From: a virus
Length of the DNA: 64,000 nucleotides
Reading direction: 5' to 3' (one strand)
IMG/VR virus record: IMGVR_UViG_3300023171_000008
Span: 1-64,000 of that record
The notes beneath the pieces are model-generated. The model was not told the DNA's origin and searched no databases. It saw only the letters and a program-made list of their open reading frames with translations. Numbering within the stretch: position 1 is the first letter of the stretch; each line of letters begins with the position of its first letter. Below, piece by piece: positions 1-9,651 of this stretch. The position numbers and the translations under genes were made by a program.

Positions 1-1
1 A

Positions 2-433
2 GGATTTGGTGAATATAAAAAACCAACTGCTTACAATAGTATGTTAAAGACTGTTGAAGGATTAATTAATCAAATGCCTATTAGTGAAAGAAATGAGGAA
101 TTCGATTATACATTAAGTAGTTGGTGTGAACAAGGTGTCCTAATGTTAAATACATCGTTATTTGTAGATTGGAATAAACAAATTCATAAAGAAATGACTT
201 TAATGTTTAAAAACTTTATACGAAATATTGTTAAAGCAATTTCAAATAATAATACCAATGTGTTATTTGTATTTACTAGTGATGAACAAATAGATAATTT
301 CTATAAATATATAGATCAAAGTTATCATTATGTATTGGAATGTACAGACGGATTTATAGCAGGAAGTGATATACTCGAGCAGATTAATGATACTATATTT
401 AATGAGTTAGGAGAGAATCCAATTAAATGGTAG
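2..433 (+). CDS. Uracil-DNA glycosylase family-1-like protein, 5'-truncated by window edge, probably catalytically degenerate
   Basis: Frame is open from position 2 (GFGEYKKPTAYNSM...). LSSWCEQGVLMLNTSL matches the UNG WAxQGVLLLN motif and the protein ends in PIKW like UNG 'IDW'. The HPSP motif is absent. Confidence 0.65.
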   Translation, partial: GFGEYKKPTAYNSMLKTVEGLINQMPISERNEEFDYTLSSWCEQGVLMLNTSLFVDWNKQIHKEMTLMFKNFIRNIVKAISNNNTNVLFVFTSDEQIDNFYKYIDQSYHYVLECTDGFIAGSDILEQINDTIFNELGENPIKW

Positions 434-437
434 AATA

Positions 438-469
438 TTAGGAATTGTCATGTATTTTTATTATATTTG
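438..469 (+). promoter_or_regulatory. Bacteroidota sigma70-type promoter (TTAGGAA-N17-TATATTTG)
   Basis: -7 element TAnnTTTG at 462-469 in the intergenic gap; same upstream box and spacing as five other copies. Confidence 0.7.
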
Positions 470-486
470 TATAAAATATTTTAATT

Positions 487-930
487 ATGCATGACAATCT
501 TATATGGATTGATGGAAGTGTTCCGTCTCTTAAAAACAGTAAAGTTAAAACTAGTAAAGGAATATTTAGTTCTAAAACTGTAAAAAAGTATTTAGCTAAT
601 TTAGGAATACAGAGATATTCTAGTAGTAGAAAAGAAGTTGTAGGTTATAAAACTAGACCTAATTTATTTGAAAAAGATATTGTTCCACAAATATTAAAGT
701 TATTAGAAGGTAAAGAAGCTCCTTATGAATTTGGATTTCATTTTGTAAGAGCAACTAAACATTCATTTGATTTTAATAATGCAAATCAATTATTAGCTGA
801 TTTGATGGTGGCTCATGACTGTTTTGAAGATGATAACATGGATTATTTTATACCTTATGCTTTAAAGATTGATAACAAATTCTACAGCTACAATAAAGAA
901 AAAAGTGGTGTATGGATAACAATAAAATAA
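487..930 (+). CDS. RusA-like Holliday junction resolvase
   Basis: N-terminal GSVPSLKNSK, DFNNANQLLADLM and EDDN motifs, and a final beta strand GVWITIK, as in phage RusA-like endonucleases. Confidence 0.6.
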   Translation: MHDNLIWIDGSVPSLKNSKVKTSKGIFSSKTVKKYLANLGIQRYSSSRKEVVGYKTRPNLFEKDIVPQILKLLEGKEAPYEFGFHFVRATKHSFDFNNANQLLADLMVAHDCFEDDNMDYFIPYALKIDNKFYSYNKEKSGVWITIK

Positions 931-933
931 TAG

Positions 934-1224
934 ATGAATAAACAAACGTTACAAAAAATAAATAATTTAGCAAAATTTATATTCGAAGAAAGTGAATATC
1001 ATAAATTCATGAAACTTATAGTTGATAATGAATTTAAAGCTAGATTATTTTTAGATGATTATTTGGAAGGATTAGAATTAGAACTAAGAATTACAGATAA
1101 TGAAGATATACTTTCTCAGTATAAAAAATGTCATGAATTAATAGATATTGTAATGAATGATATTATAAATAAGATAGACAATGCTTATGGGGAAGGAAAA
1201 CAAGTTAAACAAGTTATTAGATGA
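934..1224 (+). CDS. Hypothetical protein
   Basis: 96-aa ORF tightly packed in the operon. Confidence 0.6.
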   Translation: MNKQTLQKINNLAKFIFEESEYHKFMKLIVDNEFKARLFLDDYLEGLELELRITDNEDILSQYKKCHELIDIVMNDIINKIDNAYGEGKQVKQVIR

Positions 1225-2197
1225 TAATGAAGAAATAGATTTAACTCTATCATACTCAAGAATTTCTGACTATGATAGAAATGGTCCAAAAGCTTTATTA
1301 AATAGAAGCTTTTTAGCTAACCAAGGTGTAAAAATGGGTTCAGTAATTGATGATTTATTATTTAGTCCAAATGAATTTAAGGACAAGTACTATATATCTT
1401 CTTTTACTGAACCCATTGCTACATTAGGTAATTTATGTAAAATTATATTAGATAATTATAATGAAAAACCTAATATAAATACAATACTTGAGATTATTGA
1501 ATTAAATAGTTTATGGAAAACTACTAAAAATAAAGATTTACTAATTGCTAATTTTAATAATGATAACTTTTGGGGATACCTTAATGAACAATATAGTTCT
1601 ATAGGTAAAACTATTATTACATTATCAGAGAAATTAGTAGCTGAGGAAATAGTAGACATATTGTTAAACCATGAATATTCAAGAGATATATTTAGTACAG
1701 AATTAGAGCATTTATATCAATATAAATTTGAATATGAATTACAAGGATTTACATTACGTGGTATAATAGATATATTATCTATTGACCATAAGAATAAAAA
1801 GATTTATTTTAAAGATTTAAAAACAGGTAGTGGATATAATTCAGAATTCCTAACTAGTTATATTAAATATAGATATTATATTCAAGAAGCAGTTTATAGT
1901 TTAGCTTTTGATAAGATATGTAATGAACTAGGGTTAGTAGATTATGAATTACAACCATTTAGTATATTATTTATTAGTTTAAAAGAGAAAATACCTCTTA
2001 ACTTTATAGTTACAGAGAAATGGCATGAAGCCGCTTTAAAAGGGTTTAAATCGTCAGGATATTATCATAAAGGACTTTATCAATTATTAGATGAAATATA
2101 TTTTCATTGGAAAAATAAAGTTTATGATTTACCTAAATATATTTATGAGAGCAAGGGAATAGTTAACTTACAAGATAATTTTATAGAAATAATTTGA
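1181..2197 (+). CDS. PD-(D/E)XK exonuclease (RecB/exonuclease VIII-like)
   Basis: LSYSRI N-terminus; LRGIIDIL...YFKDLKTG; YYIQEAVY motif. Confidence 0.8.
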   Translation: MLMGKENKLNKLLDDNEEIDLTLSYSRISDYDRNGPKALLNRSFLANQGVKMGSVIDDLLFSPNEFKDKYYISSFTEPIATLGNLCKIILDNYNEKPNINTILEIIELNSLWKTTKNKDLLIANFNNDNFWGYLNEQYSSIGKTIITLSEKLVAEEIVDILLNHEYSRDIFSTELEHLYQYKFEYELQGFTLRGIIDILSIDHKNKKIYFKDLKTGSGYNSEFLTSYIKYRYYIQEAVYSLAFDKICNELGLVDYELQPFSILFISLKEKIPLNFIVTEKWHEAALKGFKSSGYYHKGLYQLLDEIYFHWKNKVYDLPKYIYESKGIVNLQDNFIEII

Positions 2198-2736
2198 TAC
2201 TAAATCGTAGTAAAACTTACGTTCTTCCGTTATTAAGTGAATTTATAAGTTTTGAGAATAAATTTATGAAGTATTTACTTAATACGTATATGAATGTAGA
2301 AGGAGAAGAAGAAGGATGTTTTTCAATATTACATGAGTTTTCATTCAGAGATCCTGAATTTACAGCTTATGAACACAGATTAACAGATAATAAGTTATTT
2401 GTTAAATGTATAGATATTGAAAATAAAGTTTTGTATATATTTAGATTTCCAAAAGAATATATGGATGAATATGAACTATTTAAAGAAGGTAAATATTCAC
2501 ATTTTGGAGAAGATACAAAACAATTAATATTGAAATTCTGGGCTGATGTTTACAAAGGTAATCCAGATTCAGTAAAATTCCTCATTAGCTTAAAGCAAAT
2601 TCTTTACAAAGATGTCAAATTAAAAGAAAATATAGAAAAACAATTGGGAGTTCAACTTAATAATGAACAGGAATTAGGAGAAATTATAGATATGAATAAC
2701 GAAACATTTAAAATAAATGAATTTAATGAACAGTAA
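2194..2736 (+). CDS. Hypothetical protein
   Basis: 180-aa ORF with a TTG start overlapping the upstream stop (TTGA). Confidence 0.65.
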   Translation: MILNRSKTYVLPLLSEFISFENKFMKYLLNTYMNVEGEEEGCFSILHEFSFRDPEFTAYEHRLTDNKLFVKCIDIENKVLYIFRFPKEYMDEYELFKEGKYSHFGEDTKQLILKFWADVYKGNPDSVKFLISLKQILYKDVKLKENIEKQLGVQLNNEQELGEIIDMNNETFKINEFNEQ

Positions 2737-2926
2737 ATCAGAAAGAAGTAATACAGGATATAAAGGAATTACTTATAGAGAACGTAAAAATCGTATTCCT
2801 AAATATGAAGTACATGTTAGATTAGAAGCTAAAACTAATAATAATATTAAAGTTTGGATTGGTCAATATGAAAAACTAGATGAAGCATTAACTGCAAGAG
2901 AAGAATTTATTAAATCATTATTTTAA
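2717..2926 (+). CDS. Stand-alone AP2-domain DNA-binding protein
   Basis: SNTGYKGITY...YEVHV...WIGQYEKLDEALTARE fits the AP2 pattern found in HNH-AP2 endonucleases. Confidence 0.65.
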   Translation: MNLMNSKSERSNTGYKGITYRERKNRIPKYEVHVRLEAKTNNNIKVWIGQYEKLDEALTAREEFIKSLF

Positions 2927-2929
2927 TCT

Positions 2930-3283
2930 ATGGAAATACAGACATATCAAAATAAAGCAATAAGAACTCTAGCAAGTTGTGGTTCAATACAGAATGATAA
3001 TCTTCATATGACTTTAGGTTTATTAACTGAAGTTGGTGAAATAGCTGATGTATTTAAAAAGAATTTAGCTTATGGTAAAGAAATAGACTGGATTAATATT
3101 AAAGAAGAAGTTGGAGATACAATGTGGTATATTGCTAATTTATGTAATATTAATAATTGGAATTTAACTGAAATTTTAGATACTAATATTAAGAAATTAG
3201 AAGTTCGTTATCCTGATAAATTTAGTTCAGATAAAGCAATTAATCGTAATTTAGAAGTAGAACGTAAAATACTTGAAGCTTAG
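2930..3283 (+). CDS. MazG-like NTP pyrophosphohydrolase
   Basis: GLLTEVGEIADVFKK...KEEVGDTMWY...NIKKLEVRYP. Confidence 0.85.
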   Translation: MEIQTYQNKAIRTLASCGSIQNDNLHMTLGLLTEVGEIADVFKKNLAYGKEIDWINIKEEVGDTMWYIANLCNINNWNLTEILDTNIKKLEVRYPDKFSSDKAINRNLEVERKILEA

Positions 3284-4257
3284 TGAGTATATTTGACAAA
3301 AGAGTTAATATTTTACCATATGAATATCCTGCATTATTAGGTTATAAAGACGCAATCAGACATAGTTATTGGATACATACAGAGTATAATTTTACTACTG
3401 ATATAGATGATTTTAAAACTAAAATATCTCATGTAGAAAGAGAATCTATTAAACGTACAATGCTTGCTATAGCTCAAATAGAGGTTAATGTAAAAGGATT
3501 TTGGGGTGATATATACAAAAGATTACCTAAGACTGAAATTCAATCTGTAGGAGCTACTTTTGCTGAAAGTGAAGTTAGACATTTTGATGGTTATAAAGAA
3601 TTACTTACTATTTTAAACTTACAAGGAGATTTTGAGACTTTATTAGAAGTGCCTGAAATACAAAATAGGATTAATTATCTTACTAAATATTTAGATGGAA
3701 CTAGAAGTAAGGATGATAAAATGTATACTAAAGCAATACTTCTATTTTCATTATTTATAGAATATGTTTCATTATTTAGTCAATTCTTAATTATGTTATC
3801 TTTTAATAAAGAAAAGAATTTATTTAAAGGTATTAGTAATGTAGTTGAGTCAACATGTGTTGAAGAACTAATTCATGGTAACTTTGGTGCTGAAATAGTA
3901 AATATAATTAAATCTGAATTCCCTGAATGGTTCGATAAAGAATTTATAGATTTAATATATTCAGCTTGTAATAAAGCATATGAAGCTGAATCTAAATTAC
4001 TAGATTGGATATTTAAAGACGGTGAATTAGAATTTTTACCTAAAAAAGTAGTAGATGAATTTATTAAAGGACGATTTAATCAGGCTTTAAATATGATAGG
4101 TTTAAAAGACTTATTTAAACTAGATTTGGAACTATTAGAACCTACATTATGGTTCGATGTAGAAATTAAATCTACAAAAGAAGGTGACTTTTTTTACAAA
4201 AAACCCTCTGATTATAATAAAAAAGCAAAATCTATTACTGAAGATGATTTATTTTAA
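3283..4257 (+). CDS. nrdB: Ribonucleotide reductase beta subunit, class Id-type
   Basis: Ferritin-like ligands E67, E97, H100 plus FIEYV and EELIH; Y104 and K71; C-terminal DFFYKK..Y. Confidence 0.92.
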   Translation: MSIFDKRVNILPYEYPALLGYKDAIRHSYWIHTEYNFTTDIDDFKTKISHVERESIKRTMLAIAQIEVNVKGFWGDIYKRLPKTEIQSVGATFAESEVRHFDGYKELLTILNLQGDFETLLEVPEIQNRINYLTKYLDGTRSKDDKMYTKAILLFSLFIEYVSLFSQFLIMLSFNKEKNLFKGISNVVESTCVEELIHGNFGAEIVNIIKSEFPEWFDKEFIDLIYSACNKAYEAESKLLDWIFKDGELEFLPKKVVDEFIKGRFNQALNMIGLKDLFKLDLELLEPTLWFDVEIKSTKEGDFFYKKPSDYNKKAKSITEDDLF

Positions 4258-4266
4258 ATAACATTT

Positions 4267-4321
4267 AGAGATTTAATGATAAATTACTAAATGAATAAAT
4301 AAATAAAATATTTAAATCTCT
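4267..4321. repeat. Inverted repeat between nrdB and nrdA
   Basis: AGAGATTTAA (4267-4276) / TTAAATCTCT (4312-4321) with a 35-nt AT-rich loop. Confidence 0.45.
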
Positions 4322-4335
4322 TATTAAAACAATTA

Positions 4336-5970
4336 ATGAGAGAATATAAGAAATATTATTGGTTAAATGACGAAAGTAGAACCTTTTTATCAAGAGGTTA
4401 TTTAAGTAAAGGAGTTAGTCCTGAACAACGAATTAAGGATATTGCAATTTATGCAGAAACTATTCTTAATATAAAAGGATTTGCAGAAAAGTTTGAAGAT
4501 TACATGGGTAAAGGATATTATTCATTATCTACTCCTGTATGGGTTAACTTTGGTAAAGAAAAAGCACTTCCAATTTCCTGCTATGGATCATCGGTAGATG
4601 ATACTATGGATAGTATTTTAAATGCTGGTAGAGAGATTGGCATGATGTCTAAATATGGTGGTGGTACTTCTATATATTTAGGTAATATACGTCCAAGAGG
4701 AAGCTCTATTTCGATTGGTGGAACTGCAGATGGACCTGTACATTATGCTAAAATATATGATGCTATTATAGATACCTGTAAACAATCTGAATCACGTAGA
4801 GGTAGTTGTGCTATTTGGCTTCCAATTGAACATAACGATATAGAGGATTTCTTAAATATTGGTACAGAAGGTAATCCTATACAAAACCTTCAATATGGTA
4901 TTTCCATTACAGATGATTGGATGAAATCTATGATTGATGGCGATAATGATAAACGTAAGATATGGGCAAAAGTAATTCAAAGACGTAGTGAATTTGGATT
5001 TCCATATTTAATGTTTAAAGATAATGCTAATAGAAATAGTCCTTATAAAGATTTAGGATTAGATATAGTGGCTAGTAACTTATGTTCAGAAATTATGCTT
5101 CCACAAGATACATATCATTCATTTGTATGTTGTTTAGGTTCTATAAATTTATTACATTGGGATGAATTAGTCCATACAGATGCTATAGAAACTTATATAT
5201 TATTCTTAAATGCTGTAATAGAAGATTTTGTTAAGAAATCTGAAACTATGCCAGGAATGAAACGAGCATGGAGATTTGCTAAGGAACATCGTGCTATTGG
5301 ATTAGGTGTATTAGGTTATTCATCCTATTTACAGTCTAAATTAATAGATTTTGAATCTTTAGAAGCTAAACAAAGTAATTACAAAATATTTAAGATATTA
5401 GAAGAACGTTCTCAGGAAGCATCTAAATGGTGTCATGATTATTTAGGTTATAAATCAATACGTGAAGGTTATGCAAATACTACATGTCTTGCTATTGCTC
5501 CTACTAAATCATCATCTTTTATATTAGGTCAAGTATCTATGGGTATTGAACCTATTAAATCTAATTATTTTATTAAAGATTTAGCTAAGTCTAAAACTAT
5601 ATATAAAAATCCTTATCTTGAAGAAGAATTAAATAAATATGGTATTAATACATCTGAAACTTGGACATCTATATTAAATAATGACGGATCAGTTCAACAT
5701 TTAGATTTCCCAACTAAAGAAGTATTTAAATCATTTATTGAAATTAGTCCTAAAGAGATTATATTACAAGCTGCACAAAGACAACAATTTATTGATCAAT
5801 CACAATCTGTTAATTTAACTATACATCCATCTATTTCAGCTAAAGAGATAAATAAACTTTATATTTATGCATGGGAAGAAGGTGTTAAAACATTGTATTA
5901 TCAGTTTAGTCAAAATGCTGCAGCATCATTTGCAAGAGAAATTAATTCATGCGTTGCATGTGAAGCTTAA
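4336..5970 (+). CDS. nrdA: Ribonucleotide reductase alpha subunit (compact, no ATP cone)
   Basis: ISC, SNLCSEI, AIAPTKSSS, GVKTLYY and C-terminal CVACEA. Confidence 0.95.
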   Translation: MREYKKYYWLNDESRTFLSRGYLSKGVSPEQRIKDIAIYAETILNIKGFAEKFEDYMGKGYYSLSTPVWVNFGKEKALPISCYGSSVDDTMDSILNAGREIGMMSKYGGGTSIYLGNIRPRGSSISIGGTADGPVHYAKIYDAIIDTCKQSESRRGSCAIWLPIEHNDIEDFLNIGTEGNPIQNLQYGISITDDWMKSMIDGDNDKRKIWAKVIQRRSEFGFPYLMFKDNANRNSPYKDLGLDIVASNLCSEIMLPQDTYHSFVCCLGSINLLHWDELVHTDAIETYILFLNAVIEDFVKKSETMPGMKRAWRFAKEHRAIGLGVLGYSSYLQSKLIDFESLEAKQSNYKIFKILEERSQEASKWCHDYLGYKSIREGYANTTCLAIAPTKSSSFILGQVSMGIEPIKSNYFIKDLAKSKTIYKNPYLEEELNKYGINTSETWTSILNNDGSVQHLDFPTKEVFKSFIEISPKEIILQAAQRQQFIDQSQSVNLTIHPSISAKEINKLYIYAWEEGVKTLYYQFSQNAAASFAREINSCVACEA

Positions 5971-5982
5971 TAAATAATTAAT

Positions 5983-6075
5983 AAGAGGAGACAAAACATA
6001 TGCTATCGGAGAAAATAGTGGGTATAAGTAATCTATCGACTTATAATGTGATCTTACCACCGTCTCTCCTCTTTT
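5983..6075 (+). other. Multi-stem structured intergenic element (terminator/attenuator or ncRNA candidate)
   Basis: Closing stem AAGAGGAGA/TCTCCTCTT followed by a T-run and enclosing 2-3 hairpins. Confidence 0.4.
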
Positions 6076-6088
6076 ATATATAAATATA

Positions 6089-6307
6089 TTGAATAAATAT
6101 AAACTAAAATATTGGTATTTAGCAACAGGTATGGAAGGTATTGCACAAGAATATCCTGAAAAAATAATTGAAGCTGATAGTGAGGAAGAAGCTTATTATA
6201 AATATCATAAATCAAACGGTATTGATTTTGGTACATTTGAAGAATTTCAAAAAAAACCTGAATATGTTCAAAAATGGGCTACAAGTTTAAAGTTAATAGA
6301 TGGATAA
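6089..6307 (+). CDS. Hypothetical protein
   Basis: 72-aa ORF on the operon strand. Confidence 0.6.
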   Translation: MNKYKLKYWYLATGMEGIAQEYPEKIIEADSEEEAYYKYHKSNGIDFGTFEEFQKKPEYVQKWATSLKLIDG

Positions 6308-6524
6308 AAAACAAACTTTAGAAGAAGTTATTAAATGTTTTGAAAACTTAATAAGCACAATTGGAGAAATAACTACAGAATATCATTGGAGAGAATTCTG
6401 TGGATTAATTGAAAATATAAAGAATTCTTTTCCTGAATATGATTTAGATAAATTTCAAAATTCTTTATTTACAACTAAGATTAATAATATACCTTATAGT
6501 TCAGATAATATACATTGGGATTAA
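6300..6524 (+). CDS. Hypothetical protein
   Basis: 74-aa ORF overlapping its neighbours. Confidence 0.6.
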   Translation: MDKKQTLEEVIKCFENLISTIGEITTEYHWREFCGLIENIKNSFPEYDLDKFQNSLFTTKINNIPYSSDNIHWD

Positions 6525-7729
6525 ATAACTTATTACAAGATAAAATACAAAGAGAAGCTGTTCAAGCATGGATAGATAGTGGTAAATATGCAAGTATTGT
6601 AATGGCTACAGGTACAGGTAAAACTTTTGTTTTCTTACATGCTTTACATTCAATGAAAAAGAATGATGATGTACATGTTTTTATTGCTGAAGTTGTAGAC
6701 AGAGAAAAAGATCTAGATAATGATATTATTAAATATGATAAATTATTTGGAACTAACACATATAAAGATTATGATTTAAAATTTAGTACATATCAATCTA
6801 TGTATAAAGTTAAAGATTATAAATTTGGATTAGTTTGCTGTGATGAAGCTCATTTCCATTTAAGTCCTGAATATTATAAATTTCATATTAATAATGAATA
6901 TAAAGCTTTATTATGTATAACTGCTACTACTGAATCACATATTGAATATGAAATAGATGGTAAAATTATTAATAAAGGTCAATTATTAGATAAAATTGCA
7001 CCTATATGTTTTACTTATACTATAGCTCAAGCTAAGAAAGACGGTATTGGTAGATTATTAAATATATATGTAATAGAAACTGAATTAGATTCTGTTAATA
7101 AAACTATTAAAGCAGGGAATGCTAAGAAACCATTTTATCAAACTGAAAAAGCAGCTTATGAATATTGGGATAAAGAACATAAAAGAAGTTGGTTTATTGA
7201 AGATAAAGAGTTAAAAGAATTTAAAATTAGAACTACAGCTACTAAACGTAGTCAGATATTATATAATCTTCCATCTAAAATAACTAATACTAAAATATTA
7301 TTAAATAATATTAATGGTAAATCTATAATATTTGGAAATAGTTTAGATTCATTAATCCAAGTAACACCTAATGTTATATCTTCCCGTAATTCTGACGATA
7401 AAAATAATTTAGTTAGAAAAGCTTTTGAAAATGATGAAATAAATGACATTGGGAGCTTTAAAAAACTTTTACAAGGTATTAATTTACCCAGATTAGATAA
7501 TTGTATACTAATGAGTTATTATACATCTGAAGGACAAGCAGTACAAAGACTGGGAAGATTACGGAAAAATGGAGATAAAGTAGGTAGTGTATTTATATTT
7601 TTAACAAAAGATACACAAGAAGTTAAATGGTATAATTCTATGATTCAAGAATTATCTGAATTTAATTTTATTAAATGTGAAGGAATAGATGATTGTATAA
7701 AACAATATAAATTAAATGAAACAAATTAA
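6515..7729 (+). CDS. Superfamily 2 (DEAH) helicase
   Basis: Walker A MATGTGKT, DEAH, TAT (motif III), QGINLP, QRLGRLRK (motif VI). Confidence 0.9.
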   Translation: MGLNNLLQDKIQREAVQAWIDSGKYASIVMATGTGKTFVFLHALHSMKKNDDVHVFIAEVVDREKDLDNDIIKYDKLFGTNTYKDYDLKFSTYQSMYKVKDYKFGLVCCDEAHFHLSPEYYKFHINNEYKALLCITATTESHIEYEIDGKIINKGQLLDKIAPICFTYTIAQAKKDGIGRLLNIYVIETELDSVNKTIKAGNAKKPFYQTEKAAYEYWDKEHKRSWFIEDKELKEFKIRTTATKRSQILYNLPSKITNTKILLNNINGKSIIFGNSLDSLIQVTPNVISSRNSDDKNNLVRKAFENDEINDIGSFKKLLQGINLPRLDNCILMSYYTSEGQAVQRLGRLRKNGDKVGSVFIFLTKDTQEVKWYNSMIQELSEFNFIKCEGIDDCIKQYKLNETN

Positions 7730-8417
7730 AGAATTACAAAAACGAAGTGATTTAGGTGAAGGTAGAGATTATGGTATTGGATTTACTATATTAAATAAAA
7801 TATCTAAAGATAATTATGAAACTTATTTACCATTTACAGCATGTAGAGATTATCTAAATGACTTTAGTTATGTAGAATATACAAAAACTGAAATAGGTAC
7901 TATACATGGTTATAATCATAAGTTATTAAACTGTTTTGATAAGAAAAGATTATTTTATTTAGGAGTTAACTCTTTAGATTATAACAATATTGGTGATTGG
8001 AAACTTAAAGATGATGCAACTAAGACATTAATTGATAATAAAGATAATTTATTAAACTTAGTTAATACAATTGAAGATAAATTAGGATTAAAAACTAAAT
8101 CTACTATTACTGTAGATGAAGATGTTTTAATATTTAGATCACCAATTTATTGGACTAAAACAACAGCTTTAATATCTGCATTTACATTAATTATTAGATG
8201 TTATTTTAACTTTGATAAAGAATATAGTATAGAGAACTTAACTAGTCATAAATGTATTATAAACGCTGATAATTATATGATACAATCTGTTATAGAATTT
8301 ATTAATAATATTGGTAAATATGAGTATCATAAAATTGATTATGATAAAATAGAGATTAAAAGTGCTAGTAATGTACATAACTTTGGAATACAAGGTTATT
8401 TAAGTAAAATGAAATAA
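7716..8417 (+). CDS. Hypothetical protein
   Basis: 233-aa ORF with conserved-looking CRDYLND and HNFGI segments; function not recognised. Confidence 0.6.
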   Translation: MKQIKELQKRSDLGEGRDYGIGFTILNKISKDNYETYLPFTACRDYLNDFSYVEYTKTEIGTIHGYNHKLLNCFDKKRLFYLGVNSLDYNNIGDWKLKDDATKTLIDNKDNLLNLVNTIEDKLGLKTKSTITVDEDVLIFRSPIYWTKTTALISAFTLIIRCYFNFDKEYSIENLTSHKCIINADNYMIQSVIEFINNIGKYEYHKIDYDKIEIKSASNVHNFGIQGYLSKMK

Positions 8418-8441
8418 TGAATAACTTAAAATCTAGAAATT

Positions 8442-8930
8442 ATTAGTCTCGTTAGATATTATTCAGATCCGCATTTTGGGCATAGAAATATGGCTATTAG
8501 AAGAGGTTTTAATGATGAATTTGAAATGAATGAACATATTATTAAACAATGGAATTCTATTGTTAATAAAAAAGATGTTACTTATATATTAGGTGATATT
8601 ACTATGGAAAAATCATTTGATTATTACTTATTAGATCAGTTAAATGGTTTAAAGAAAGTTATACTCGGAAATCATGACCAGCCTCAACATGTACCTGAAT
8701 TATTAAAATATGTAAATAATGTAGCGTCTATGAAATATTATAAAGATAAAGAATTAGGTAATATTATATTTACACATGCACCAATACATCCCTGTGAATT
8801 AAATTATAAATATACTTATAATATTCACGGTCATGTTCATGAAAACACTTTAGAAGATAAACGTTATATAAATGTATCTGCTGAAGTAATAGATTATAAA
8901 CCTAAATTATTAAAAGAATTAATTAATTGA
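8442..8930 (+). CDS. Calcineurin-like metallophosphoesterase (start probably ATT at 8442, upstream of the called ATG 8490)
   Basis: YYSDPHFGH lies in frame upstream of 8490; LGD, GNHD, THAP and HGHVH follow. Confidence 0.85.
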   Translation: MSLVRYYSDPHFGHRNMAIRRGFNDEFEMNEHIIKQWNSIVNKKDVTYILGDITMEKSFDYYLLDQLNGLKKVILGNHDQPQHVPELLKYVNNVASMKYYKDKELGNIIFTHAPIHPCELNYKYTYNIHGHVHENTLEDKRYINVSAEVIDYKPKLLKELIN

Positions 8931-9202
8931 GTACAGTAAAATTATTAGCAGAAACAAATAATCCTGAATATAATATTTTAAAGGCTATTGAAGAAATGAG
9001 TGAATTATCTGTTAGATTGTCACAATCATTAACTAAAGGAGCTAGTAAAGAAGATATTATTGAAGAATTAGGAGATACTGTATTTAGAATTAAAGTATTA
9101 ACTCATATGTATGGTAAAGATGAAGTTAATAAAAGAGTTGAATATAAACTATCTACTTGTGAAGAATGGTTGAAAGAAGGTAAATATTTAAATGGTGTAT
9201 AA
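8927..9202 (+). CDS. MazG-like NTP pyrophosphohydrolase
   Basis: KAIEEMSEL...IIEELGD. Confidence 0.7.
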   Translation: MSTVKLLAETNNPEYNILKAIEEMSELSVRLSQSLTKGASKEDIIEELGDTVFRIKVLTHMYGKDEVNKRVEYKLSTCEEWLKEGKYLNGV

Positions 9203-9651
9203 TGAGAAATATTAATAGAATTCCTATAATATTACAATTCTTTTTAAGAAACTTTGAAGCTTATAATAAATTTATAAATGATGATAACTATTTAATTCAT
9301 GGTGCTTTTAGATTAAATATTGTTAAAATTACTCATGAATGGACTAAATATCCAGAATATAGATTAGGTCAATTATTATACAATATGGATTTATTAACTA
9401 ATGATTCAAGTTATCATATTGAAGAAGATAATTGGTTAATCAACAATAATTATTTTGATTATGAAGATATTAAATTTTGGGGAATAAATTTTGATATTAA
9501 TAATAATCAATTACCTCAAACAGAATATAAACTATTAAAAGATTTAACTACAGATCATATTAAGAATATTATTAAATTTTCTAAAGATAATAATAGTAAA
9601 ATAAATGATAATTATTTAAAATATTTTAACAAGAGAATTAATGAAGGATAA
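9202..9651 (+). CDS. Hypothetical protein
   Basis: 149-aa ORF; WTKYPEYRLGQL and LLKDLTTDHIKNI segments. Confidence 0.6.
   Translation: MRNINRIPIILQFFLRNFEAYNKFINDDNYLIHGAFRLNIVKITHEWTKYPEYRLGQLLYNMDLLTNDSSYHIEEDNWLINNNYFDYEDIKFWGINFDINNNQLPQTEYKLLKDLTTDHIKNIIKFSKDNNSKINDNYLKYFNKRINEG

Noticed and set aside
5983-6075. Amber-suppressor tRNA (CTA in the central loop)
   Set aside because: No TTC T-arm, non-canonical bases around the anticodon, wrong arm spacing and no recoding to serve. Kept only as a structured element.
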